Assembly (NCBI GenBank): GCA_001275005.1
Contig: JWZX01003312.1
Span: 1-43,482, forward strand
Direction of reading: 5' to 3'
Length of the DNA stretch: 43,482 bases
From: Chrysochromulina tobinii
Lineage: Eukaryota
Made by a program: the position numbers and the translations under genes. Positions within the stretch are counted from its first letter, which is position 1. Each line of letters opens with the position of its first letter. Under the pieces are notes generated by a model. The model did no database searches, was not told the DNA's origin, and saw nothing but the letters and a program-made list of their open reading frames with translations. Below, in pieces: positions 32,141 through 43,482 of this stretch.

Positions 32141-35100
32141 CCAATCGCAGCAGCCACGGCCGCAACGCGAGCGCTTCTGCTTCCTTCTCCATGTCGTCGC
32201 TGCCTGCGCAGCCGCCCAGCGTCGTGGATCTCTTCCTCTCGCTCAACGGACAGCAATTCACACCGCTCGGCTTCGCAGGGGAGCGGTTCACATACTACAG
32301 CGAGCCGATGATCTCTGCAATCTCGCCCTCGGGGGGTGCCATCGAGGGCGGCACGCGTGTGACACTCTCTGGCTCCTGGCCAGTCGAGACCGACGAAGAG
32401 GGCGATTCGAGGCGCCTGCTTCGCTGCCGCTTTGGGCGCGAAGTGGTGCGTGCGCAGCGCTCGGCCCACGGCGACCTCGTGTGTGAGTCGCCGCGGTTGG
32501 CTCGAGTCTTCGAGGCGGAGCTCACGAGCGTCGCCGAGCAGATGGCGCCCGACCTGCGTAATGCGTCGGTGCTGCCGCTCACGCAATGGCAGCTGGGAGA
32601 GGCGACGCGCGCCGGTAATGCATTCTACGCGCAGGACACTGCCCTCGAGCTGAACGCTGTCGCAGACCATGGTGTGGCACAGCCTCTCAGGGTCAGCTTC
32701 AACGGGCTCGACTACACCCGTTCACAGTTGCCGTTCCGATGGCTACTCCCGCCGCGCCTCGTCGATGTGCGACCCATCCTTGGCCCTGCGGACGGCGAGA
32801 CGATCGTGAGGCTGCGTGGCGAAGGGCTATGGGACGTGCCGCACTTGCAATGTCGCTTCGGTCCCATCGCTGTAGATGCGACCGTCGTCTCCGAGTGGGT
32901 TCATGCCGACGGCACGCCACAACGCCAGCTCGAGGCAACCTGTATCTCGCCTCCAATGGTGACCTTTGCCAATGCCACCTCCACGGCCACCGTCTCCGTC
33001 CCCTTTCTCGTCTCTTCGAACGCGCAGCAGTTTGTGGGCGAAGGCTTGGCGTTCACGTACTACGCCCCCACGCCGCTCAGCCAGCCGATGCGCCCGACTC
33101 TCGGCCCCCACTTGGGCGGCACGTACATTGGCCTGCCCCACGTACCCATCATCCGTGGAGCACGCTACCTGTGTCGCATCGGCGGCCCTGAGGGGCAGCT
33201 GGTGCCCGCGCAGATCGGACGTAGGGCGGGCCTGCCGAGCGCCCAGTACAGCGCCTACTTCGGAGATGCCGAGGACGACAACAGCATCGCCGCCGGCCAG
33301 GGTGCCCAGTACAGCGCCTACTTCGGAGATGCCGAGGACGACAACAGCATCGCCGCCGGCCAGGGTGGCGGCGATGCCGAGGATGCGAGGAGCGACGATG
33401 GCGTGGCCGTGCGGCCGGAGTTGATGTGCGCGATGCCCTTCGTCCCCGTCATGGCCGACGTCGGCATCGAGGTCTCCATGAACGGACAGCAGTTCGCGAC
33501 CGTCGATGCCAACTTCAGCTACCACTCCCCGATGGTCACCGCGGGCCTCGCGCCGCTGAGCGGCCCTTCCGACGGCGAGACGGACGTCCTCGTCCGCCTG
33601 GTCCACGTGTCGCTCAGCCCGCGCCAGCTGCTCGCGACGGCGCCCCAGATGCCTCCCGAGTACGTCTGCCGCTTCGAGGACACGTGGCGAGCCGCCGCGT
33701 TGGCCGAGCCGCCGCCGCTGCTCCGCGCGGATGAGCAGCTCAGTCCGAATCGAGGCGAACTCGGAACGACCATCTCACATGAGAACCGCTCGTCGCACTA
33801 TGCTCTTGAGGCTTTGCGCGCCCTCGAGTGCACGAGCGGGGGAGCCGAGAGCGACGTGGCCGCATGCGCGGCGCCCTTGGGCATGCTCACGCTACGCTGC
33901 AGCACGCCGCCCATGAGGGCCGTGCGCACCTCTGGCGTCGGCCCAGTGGTGACCGTCCCAATCGTCTCCGCCTCGGTCAACGCTCAAGACTTTGCCGAGG
34001 CGCGCAGCGCCGCGTTCCATTACTATCCGCCACCGCACGTCTCGTCCGTCCATCCGACGCTGGGGCCGCGCGCGGGGCGTACCATGCTGACCGTTCGTGG
34101 TTCCGGCTTGTACGGGCGAGGTGAGCACCACCTGTGCCGCTTCGTGATGAGGGATGATGAGCCTTCGAACCCGCTGCGCGGTGTGCCTCGTAACGCCACC
34201 GAGCGCTCGCTCGTGGCGCTCTCTCAGCAGCCTCCTCCCCTGATGGATTCGGAACCGTTCTACCCTCTGGCTGGGGCGGACGCCCTTTATGAGCCGCTGC
34301 CGCTGCTCACGCCCGCCAGTTATGATGCGCCCAGCCGCACGCTGCGCTGCGTCACCCCCGCCATCTGGCCAGCCGAGAATGCTGCCCAAACGGACGCACC
34401 GTCGATTCGGTTACGTCTCGAAGTGAGCGCCAACGGGCAGCAGTACACCTCTGATGGCGTCGAGTTCCTCATGCATGCAAGCGCCGTCCTGAGCCAATTC
34501 ACACCCTCGGGTGGACCAGCGGCCGGCGGCACGGCCATCCGCATCAACGGCTTCGGGCTGGCCAACGGCTCCGAGTACGTCTGCCGCGCGGGCGCCGCGC
34601 GCGTCCTCATGGGCGGCCGAATGGACTATGGGACGGGCCAGCTGCACTGCACCATGCCGTCGCATGCAGCATGCGAGCTCGCGGGCACTGAGATCGGCAT
34701 GAGCGCCGTCGCGGTCTCCACCAACGGGCAGCAGTTCTCGGCCGACTTTTTCTTCGAGTTTGCCGCGCCGGCCGCGGTCTCCCGCATCACGCCCGCCGCC
34801 GGCCCGCAGCTGGGCGGCATCCTCGTTCAAGTCCAAGGCGCCAACTTGCGAGCAGGCCACGCCATCTCCGGCAGTGCGCTGCCTGCGCTCTCGTGCCGCT
34901 TCGGCGAGACTTCTGTGCCGGCCACCTTTGAGAATGCGAGCGCCTCCGTGCTCTGCACCTCGCCCGCGCGCCCGCCCGGCGCGCTCGCCTTTGAGCTGAC
35001 GAGCAACGGCCAAGACTACACGCGCTCATCGATGGTGTGGGTGCAATACGTCGCGCCGAGCCTCTCCGCGCTCCAGCCGCCCGCGGGCCCGCAGCGCGGT

Positions 35101-38100
35101 GGCACGAGGCTCACGATTGCGGGCACTCATCTGCGCGTCTCCGAACTTGCGACGGACGCGCGGTACGTCTGTGGCTTTGGCTCTGGCCCGCCAATGTACG
35201 TGTGGCCTGAGCCTGCGGTCGGGATGGTACCCTCGGAAGGTGCCCTCCCCCCCAACGGCACGAATGCGACTGAGACCGTGGCAACTGGCAACGTGACGAT
35301 GCCACCGACGAACCGTACAGCTGCTGCGAACGCCACTGAGACCTCGGCACCTCCAGGCTCGCCTTCCCCTCTCGCGCCGCCGTCGATACCGCCTGGACTC
35401 CCGCCATTCCCATCACCTCCGCCCGACCGATCGCTCGCCACCGTCATCATCTTGCCCGCCGCCATGAGCATTGCCACCTACGACCCCAGCACTGGACTCC
35501 TCAGATGCCGTTCCCCCTCCATCGACCTGGCCGTGCTAGCCGCTCAATACGGCGCCAACGTTTCTTCGGGCGGCGACGCTCAGTACGACGCGAACGCGAC
35601 CAACCCCCGCTCGCTGCCGCTGCAGGTGCCGGTGCGCGTCGCACTACATGACCCACCAGACCAGCACTGGTCACCCCTCGAGGGCGCACTGCAATTCGGC
35701 TACTATGAGGACGGCGCACTCAACGTCATGAGTCCGCGCACTGGACCGGTAGCCGGCGGCACGCGGCTCGTGATCACCGGTGGGCCATTCGCACGCTACC
35801 TGAGCAGCTCCTCCCCCTCTGGAGGATCGTCTGGAGGGTCGTCGATGCCGATCGGCGCGGAGGCCTCCCTGGAGGAGGGCGACACTGAGCTGCAACGGTG
35901 CATCCTAGGCGACCCGTCCTCGGTCCATTCGCTTGCCTTCCCTCGTATTGACTCGGGCAGCCATCTCGTGTGCACCACGACGGCGCTCGCACGGAGCGCG
36001 AACGGTGCCGAGCCGCTCCTCTCATTCACAGGTGAGTCGCTCCTCTCATTCACAGGTGGGCAGGAGGACGTGGGCGCTCTCTTGGGCGGCTCGGTGACGC
36101 TCCTCGGAGGTGGTCGGCTGTGGAATGGTCTGCTCGAGCTGCCCGAGGTGCGCCCGGGTGGCCTCGTCTATGGCGGCGCGATCGTGACGCACGGCCTGCA
36201 GGCTCCGCACGCCGCCGCGTTCGACGTCACGTTCGAGGTGGCACTGCATCGACCGACAAGTCCGGAGGGCACCGCCGTGAGCGGAGGTTCAGTGGCCGGT
36301 GGCGTCTCTTTCAACTTTGGCCCCATTCCAGACGACGCGATTTTGGACGACGGTGGTTACGAGCAAGGCTTTGTGCTCACGCTGCTGCCTGCGGATGGGC
36401 TGCGCGTGCGCTCGAACGGGATCGAAGTTGGCTTCGACCCGAGCGCGCGCAGCAACGGCTGGACTCTGATGCGCGTGCGCAGCAACGGCACGCATGTGAG
36501 CGTCGCCCAGGACGGCACGTGGGTGCCCAATCTCATCGACGTCGCCGTCGCCCTCCAACCCGCCACCACCCCCGACGGCTTCGCGACGCACGAACGCTGG
36601 CGCTTCGCCTTCGGTGGGCGCCCGTCGGGGGACGTCGCGCATCAAGTGACGCATTTCCACGTGCGCAGCGTGAGCTTGCTCTCTTCTCTCACTCTACCCG
36701 TCCTCCATGCCGCCAATGGACAGCAGTTTGGTCCCTCCTCGCTCAATTTCACCTGGCTGCTGCCTCCGGTCACCTCGCACGTCTACCCGAGCAGCGGCGC
36801 CCGATACGGCGCCACGACCGTGCACGTGTACGGTGCAAACCTGGCAGGCGGTGACGACTACCGATGCCGCTTCGATGCACCCATGCTGCGCTCGCGTCCT
36901 CTCATCATGCCGGCGATCGAGGTGCCCAGCACGACGTCCTCGGGTACGTCGGTGCGCTGCGTGACGCCCGAGCTCCTCTCGACCGGATGGGTGTTGCTCA
37001 CTCTGACACTCAACGGCCAGCAGTACAGCCACACGGCCGTCAACTTCACCGTGCTCGGCAACGGCGCCGTCGGCGCCTCGGCCGCCCCCAGTCCCGCCTG
37101 GGCCAACCTCTCGTTATCCAGCTACTCGTGGGGGGCGGCGCATCTGGAGACGCTGCAGCTCTGGCCCGTGCTCGGACCGACGGACGGTCAGACCACCATA
37201 CAGGTCTTCGGTGCGGGCTTCGACGGCGGCACCGAGTTCCGCTGCCGCTTCCTCTCGCACTCTGGAGAGGTGCTCGGCACGGTCAACGCGACGCTTGAGA
37301 GCCCCTCAGCTGTCGTCGCAGCGTACCATCGTCACGTCCTGGCCTCGAATCAGACCGTGGGCCGACCGGTGCAACCCAATGCCGCCGAGGGCAGCTTGGT
37401 GACGACCTCGCCGACTGGCGGTGTGGTCGAGTCCGGCGGCTGGCTGGACGCTGGTCAAGCGCATCTGCTCACCTGCACCACTCCAGCGCACAACCAGAGC
37501 GACTTTGACAATGCAGACCCGACCGCTGCAACGCGCGTCGCCATTTCGGTCAACGGCCAGCAGTATTACTCGTCCGAATCGATGCGCTTCCGATACCACA
37601 CGCCGTCGCTCTTGCGCGTGTCCAGCCCACAAACGGGCCCAACCGACGGCGGCACGCTGCTGACCATCGCCTTCGCCAACGGCACGCTACCCCGAGCTGG
37701 AGGGCCCGTGCTGTGCAGGCTGGACGGCGTGGCGGTCGACGGCACCATCGCGGGTGCCGCCAACGAGCTCATCCGGTGCACCACTCCCGCCGAGCTGCCT
37801 CTCGTGCTCAACGAGACCTACCCGCAGCGTCTCGCGCTGTCGGGCTCGGCGCACCTCGAGCAGCCGGGATGGGCAGGGCGGCACAGCCTGCTGCACCTGA
37901 CACGCACGACGAGCTCCTACGGGCAGGAGTCCGACAGCGGCAGCGCCTTTCTGCATGCCCAGATGCTTTGGACGGCGCCGCACACCGTCGACCAGCCCCC
38001 GCCGCGGATTCCGCCGTGGCTGCGCGCGACGCTGCGACTGCGGCTGCGTGGCACCGCCTCCGAGAGCTCTTTCTCCTTCTCATACGGACAGTTGCCCGGG

Positions 38101-41100
38101 GGGGATGGAGCGGGCCGCGGCTTGGGCTTCTTCGGCATCGGCAGCGGCCTTCGCGTCAACATGATCACCAGACGAAGCGCCGCAGTTCGCAGGCCCACAA
38201 TAGTCTCCCAGCTCCTATACGTTGTCTACGACGGCACGACGCTCTACGGCCCAATCAACATCACATCGCCCCTCAATGGTGATGTGGGCCGTATTTTCGA
38301 GGTGAAGTACGACGGCAGGGGGTTGCATGTGCTCGTCAACACGCAGCAGGCCGTGAGCAACGCGTCGGTTCCCGGCTGGGCACCACGGCCTGGCTGGGGT
38401 GTGGGAATAGGCAGCTACTCTCGGTGCGAGGGTGAGGGCTTCTCTGGCATCGATGAAGCCGACGTGCTCGAATGGGATGTTGAGCGTGGCGCGAATGTGG
38501 GGCCTATTTCGACGCGACTCGAGGTGCACTGCTTCCACGGATTGCACTGATTGCACTGATTGCACCGCTTGCCTATTTCGACGCGACTCGAAGTGCGCCT
38601 CAATGGGCAGCAGCGACGGATTCCACTGATTGCACTGACAACCTCCCTAATTTGGAACGTATTCTCCCTCGTCTGACAGGTGAGCCTCAATGGGCAGCAG
38701 ATTGCGGACCACGCGCTAAGCTTTGTACGGTACCACGGCGCCCATATCTCGACCGTCTTCCCCACCTCGGGCCCCGTAGCTGGTAACTCGGAGATCACGC
38801 TCATGGGCGCCAATCTGGCGGGAGGTGATAACTACACGTGCCGCTTTGGCACAGAGGTGTCGCTCGCCGCGCTCCGGCCTGACGGGTCGGTCACGTGCTA
38901 CTCGCCGCCCAATTGCGCCGGATCGATGTTGGCGCAGGTCGCCCTCAATGCGCAGCAATACGCGCCGGGGGTCCAATACACTTATACGGGCGGCACAGCG
39001 TGCACGGGCACAGGTGGCCTGGCAACGGGCGGCGCCGCTAGCGATAAGGAGGGCACGCGTATGTACAGCCTGAGCCCGAACAGTGGCCCGCAGCTCGGTC
39101 AGACGCGGATCGTTGTGAGCGGCCAGGCCTTCAGCTTCGGCTCCGAGTACGTGTGCCAGGTCAATCGCAGCGCCACGTTCCAGCCCGCCTCGTACATAAG
39201 TGACTCCGAACTGGCGTGCTTCACTCCGTCAAGCAACCTGGGTGCGGTGAGCGTGCGCGTGTCGCTGAACGCGCAGCAGTTCGTGGGTAATGCCTCGGTC
39301 GACTTTGTTTTCCACGAGCAGCCGAGCGTCGCCTCGATCAGCCCGAGGAGCGGCGCGTCCGTGGGCGGCACCCTCGTGAACGTGAGCGGCAGCGGCTTTG
39401 CCGACGGTTCGCAGTACACTTGCGCCTTCGGCTCGTCCGTGGTGGGCGCGACGTTTGTGCCGTCGCTGGGCGTGATTTCGTGCTATGCACCAGCGGGGCT
39501 GTACGGCAGCGCGGTGGCGCTGAAAGTGTCGCTGAACGCGCAGCAGTACAGCTCGGAGGTGCACACGTTCGGGTACCACGGGGTGACGACGGTTGGGACG
39601 TACAGCCCGAGCTCTGGTCCGAGCGCGGGCGGCACGCGCGTGGTGGTGCGCGGCGCCGAGCTGTACGGCGGGAGCGACTACCGGTGTCGTTTCGGCGCGT
39701 GCGGCGCGTGCGAGGCAGCATGGAGCTGCGGCGCTTGCGTGGTGAACGCAACGTACGTGGCCGAGTCTGCGTTGGGTTTGGGCGACGACGCGATCGAGTG
39801 CGTGTCACCGTCTGGGAGCGCGGCCGGGGTCGCGTTGGAGGTGTCGCTCAACTCGCAGCAGTACACTCGTACGAACTTGAGCACGCTGGCGTTCACCTAC
39901 TACGAGGCGGCGGTGGTGTCGAGCGTGAGCCCGAGCCTGGGCCCTCGCGACGGCGCCACGCTCGTCACCATCCTGGGCAGCGGGCTGAACAGCGTGGCCA
40001 CCAACCTGAAGTGCCGCTTTGCAGTATCGGCCGGCGCGACGTCGTTCTCTTCCACGGCCGACGCGACGTACGACAGCTCAACAAACGGAATCCTTTGTCG
40101 CGCAACCTCTTCGGCCACCATTGGCTCCGCAGGGCTGCAGATCTCCTTGAACGGGCAGCAGTTCGGTCCATCGGCGCTCTCGTATCGCTATTACGCTCGG
40201 CCGCGCGTCTCGTCGCTTATGCCTGGGGCTGGGCCAATAGGAGGCAACACGACGGTGCAAGTCAGAGGCTTTGGCTTGGCCGGGGGCGACGGCGCCAGCC
40301 CGCACTACGTATGTCGCTTCGGCCTCTTGTCTGTTTCGGCGACCATGACGCTTTCAACTCCAGGTGAAGGCAAATTGACCTGCCTGTCACCCGCGAACAC
40401 TGCCTCTTCTCGTGCGCTCGAGGTGTCCATCAACGGCCAAGACTTCTCGGCCGACGGTGTCCTGTTCCGATGGGTGCCTCCGATTACTCTTGATGGTGGA
40501 AGTTCAAGCGGTACCTCCTCAAGTGGCACTTCTTCTGGTGGTATCTCCTCTGGCGGAAGCTCTGGAGGCCCCTCGCCTGGTTCAAACAGTACAGGTGTGC
40601 CGGTGCCACCAGGGTACCTCGCCCCTCCGTCGCCACCCTCCATCGACGAGGTGACCTTGCGCGAGGCCGCTTCGATCCGTAGCTTTGGGTTGTGCCCACT
40701 CTCCGGTCCGGATTTGGGTGGGACGCTCGTGCGTATCTTTGCGCCGAGCTTCCAAGGGGGCACGGACTACCGCTGCCGTTTTGGGGAGGGGCCGTCCGCG
40801 CTTGTCGAGGCGAGTTACTTTGCTCCTACTGAGATCCTTCGCTGCGTGACGAGCCCTCTGACGGCCGATGGCGCAAAGACGGTGGCCATCTCGCTCAACG
40901 CTCAAGACTTTGCGACGTACCCGGTCGCTTTCGCCGTCTTCCCACATCCACAACTCTTGACCTTTGTGCCCATGTCGGGTCCGCGTGCTGGAAACACGAG
41001 CGTGCTCATCAGCGGCTCTGACTTTCTCATCCCGGCGACGCCCACCGCGGCGCTTGTGGCGGCCGTTGCTAGCCACGGCCTCGACTTTCGTTGCCGATTC

Positions 41101-43482
41101 GGCCGCACCGCCGCGTTCCACATTGCACCGGCTACCTACTTGAACGCGAGCACGCTGCTATGCGCGTCGCCCGCGCGCGAGTGGCTCTTCGAGGAGACTG
41201 TTCTACCCATGACGGAAGACCTCTATCTCGGCTTCGACCCGGCGTTGCTAGTGCCGCTGCCGCACGTGGCGACGGGCCCGCTTGAGCTCTATGGGAACGC
41301 CTTTTGGGGGCCGACCTCCCTCGTGCTCACCCCGAGCGCACCCGGCAAGGCGGGTGGCCTGTCCATTGGGCTGCCAAACCCGGAGATGCCCATCACCTCG
41401 ATCAGGCTCCACTACCATGCTGTATTTGGAGGCGACGAGCTGCGGCTTGTAGAGGAAACACTGACCAGCAGCAACAGCAGCAGCGCTGTTGGTGCCACCG
41501 CCCTGGACGCGGTCCTTGCGCAGAATGTCACAAGCGGCGGGCGCGGGATCCACTTCTTCTACGGAGCTGGTGACCTCGAGGTCTTCGACAAGCCGCTCAG
41601 CCACGGCCTTTCACTCATCATGCACACGCGCGCGCCCGATTTGGAACACTCCACGCACAGCCGGCAGCTCTACATGCAGCACGCGACGCTTTACTACGAC
41701 GGGGCGCAGCTGTGGCAGCGGCGCATGAGCGTGCGGCTTCGTACGAACCTGCCCCGCGACCTCATCATTGAGGTGCTCAGGAGTGGGGACAGCCACGGGG
41801 TGACGGTGCGACACGGGGTGACGGTGCGATTTGATGACGAGGCACTTGTGAGCAACCTGGCCGTACCTGGCTGGCTGCCGCAGCCCAGGTGGCGCGTGGG
41901 CGCCACGGCCGCCACTGGGGAGCGCGAGGGCGACCTCCACTCGCTGCGCACGCTCTCCATCATGACGAGGCGCTTGCCGTCAGTGGTACCGGTAGCTCTC
42001 GCCATCTCAACCAACGCGCAGCAGTATACGCACGAGGTGCGCGGCTTCACGTACTTTGGCGGCAGTTACATGGAGGGCCAGGAGCGCTCGCCGCATGCGG
42101 CGCCACTCCACCTGTCGGCTGTCAGCCCATCCTCGGGGCCGATTGCGGGCGCGACCGCCCTCACGGTCACCGGCCAAAACTTCGCGGGCGGCAGCGCGTA
42201 CGTCTGCCGCGTTGGCGCGCAAGAGGTGGCTGCCGAGTTTGTGCCAGCCGCCGGCGAGGAGGCTTGGACTGGCCCCTCGGGCAGCACAGCCCACCCAGCG
42301 GGGAAAATGCTCTGCACCCTGCCCTCAACGTACGGTCCTGGGCAACGTCACGCTGCAGATCGCGCTGGTGTCCGAGCAGTACACGCCCCCCCGTCAATTT
42401 CACTTACCATGGGGAGTCGAGCATCGAGCGCCTCGTGCCAGGTAGCGGGCCCCGGCACGGCGGCACACGGGTGCAGATCAGCGGCGAGATGCTCGAGCTC
42501 GGCTCGCACTACGTGTGCGAGTTCAATGGCTCGCACGTGCCGGCTGCCCTCGCGCCGTCGACAGTGACTGAGTACTTGGACTTCACCCGTTCCAGGTCCG
42601 ACTTCCATCTGTCGCAGGCACTGCGACGGGTGGGCGCACCTCCGCACGACTGCCAACTGTATCACTCGAATGACCGCAGCCAGACTCCGAGCGCTCTACC
42701 AGCCATCGGAGAGAGTCGCGAGCAGCAGAGGGTCGGCGCGGCGCTCGAGGAGTGCCGCAACTCCCCTAATTGCGAGTCCGTCTACTACAACGAGTGCGAC
42801 GTCAGCCCGCATCCACTCTATTTGTGCAGCCGCGCCCTCGGCTTCGAGATGCGCGGACCCCCGCACAATGAGACTCACTGTGCGTTCCACAGACTCGGCT
42901 ACTACCACCGGGCCTACGGCATGCATTGCCTCGGTGCTTACTACGGCGCTTACCCAAGCGTCGAGGCGGCAGTGCAAGCATGCAGCATCGACCCAGGGTG
43001 TGGCGCCGTGTACGACCACCAGTGCGATTCCAGTGCCGGTGACGTCTACCTGTGTCCCAAGGAGACCATGTACGCATACGAGCACGAAGCCTCCCTGGCG
43101 TACACGCCGCCACACCAAGACCGATCGATGCGCGGGTCGTGCCTCTACCTGCGCCCACCCTGGCGCAGCACGCTCACGTGCACGACGCCCGCGGTCGAGA
43201 CAAACTCGACGGGTGCGGTTAGCGTGCGCGTGTCCCTGAACGCGCAGCAGTTCGTGGGCAATGCCTCGGTCGACTTTGTTTTCCACGAGCAGCCGAGCGT
43301 CGCCTCGATCAGCCCGAGGAGCGGCGCGTCCGTGGGCGGCACCCTCGTGAACGTGAGCGGCAGCGGCTTTGCCGACGGCTCGCAGTACACTTGTGCCTTC
43401 GGCTCGTCCGTGGTGGGCGCGACGTTTGTGCCGTCGCTGGGCGTGATTTCGTGCTATGCACCAGCGGGGCTGTACGGCAGCG
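27287..43482 (+). CDS. Giant IPT/TIG-repeat cell-surface protein (>5,000 aa, 3'-truncated) with EGF, FG-GAP/VCBS-like, EF-hand and lectin-like domains; predicted exons 27287-27416, 27536-30947, 31026-38523, 38680->43482 with two apparent +1 frameshifts (~42331-42335 and 42386-42392)
   Basis: Signal-like N-terminus. EGF CENDCSFHGVC..CECDIGWSGTDC after splicing. Roughly twenty repeats of P..GP..GGT.V...G...Y.CRFG...C..P...VS.NGQQF. Three GT-AG introns join the large ORFs in frame. Frame is open from 42393 to the window end. Confidence 0.88.
27441..27464 (+). repeat. (TC)12 microsatellite in intron 27417-27535
   Basis: Direct dinucleotide run. Confidence 0.9.
28501..28572 (+). repeat. CAG/CAA/CCG tract encoding polyQ/QP
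   Basis: Encodes QQQQQQQPQPQQPPPPQPQPQQQP in the IPT protein frame. Confidence 0.85.
30948..31025 (+). other. 78-nt intron whose first 22 nt copy the downstream exon start
   Basis: GTATGTGGACGAGTTGGGAGCT vs GTACGTGGACGAAATGGGAGCT at 31026 (19/22). Contains a stop; removal gives DG|YVDEMGAG. Confidence 0.85.
32104..32139 (+). repeat. (AGC)12 trinucleotide repeat encoding poly-Ser
   Basis: Perfect triplet run. Confidence 0.9.
33241..33366 (+). repeat. Exact 63-nt in-frame tandem duplication (AQYSAYFGDAEDDNSIAAGQG x2)
   Basis: 33241-33303 matches 33304-33366. Confidence 0.9.
38524..38679 (+). other. 156-nt intron containing TGATTGCAC microrepeats and an internal copy of its own exon-exon junction
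   Basis: GTGCAC...TGACAG. Removal gives STRLE|VSLNGQQ, the standard IPT end motif. 38571-38613 matches the spliced junction at 41/43. Confidence 0.85.
43211..43482 (+). repeat. Intragenic duplicate of 39240-39511 (>=272 nt, runs off window)
   Basis: Five differences counted by eye, all synonymous third-position changes. Confidence 0.92.

Noticed and set aside
33241..33366. 63-nt duplication as a hidden intron
   Set aside because: No register of the duplication gives GT...AG boundaries for a 63-nt removal; treated as coding.
27565..42567. Three separate IPT genes as suggested by the ORF track
   Set aside because: GT-AG introns at 30948-31025 and 38524-38679 join them in frame mid-domain, so they are one gene.
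1..43482. Autonomous transposase or reverse transcriptase that could mobilise the intron cassette
   Set aside because: None recognised in the window; any such enzyme would have to act in trans.

Overview
GC-rich, gene-dense eukaryotic nuclear DNA with short GT-AG spliceosomal introns. The gene and intron style suggests a haptophyte alga (Chrysochromulina-like); this is an inference. Ten protein-coding genes are supported: a 5'-truncated EGF/GPS-like single-pass membrane protein, an SP4-rich single-pass membrane protein, a filamin-repeat protein, a PLOD-like GT + GT61 fusion, a GT47/exostosin, a polycystin-2 (TRPP)-like channel, a ~2,019 aa myosin on the minus strand, an SPFH/band-7 protein with a 1-nt frameshift, a saccharopine-dehydrogenase-like oxidoreductase, and a giant (>5,000 aa, 3'-truncated) IPT/TIG-repeat surface protein. 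No rRNA, tRNA, CRISPR array or transposase was recognised. The main finding is an apparent intron-generating system. Several introns in three unrelated genes begin with a 16-27 nt copy of the start of their own downstream exon, mostly at GTAYG. Three of them, in two genes on opposite strands, end in the same 38-nt cassette that supplies the 3' splice site. One intron is a head-to-tail dimer of an intron unit, and another carries an internal copy of its own spliced exon-exon junction. Also notable are a myosin-VI-like 'reverse gear' insert and four lectin-like domains nested at the same loop of IPT domains. All intron calls are predicted from sequence and reading-frame continuity only.
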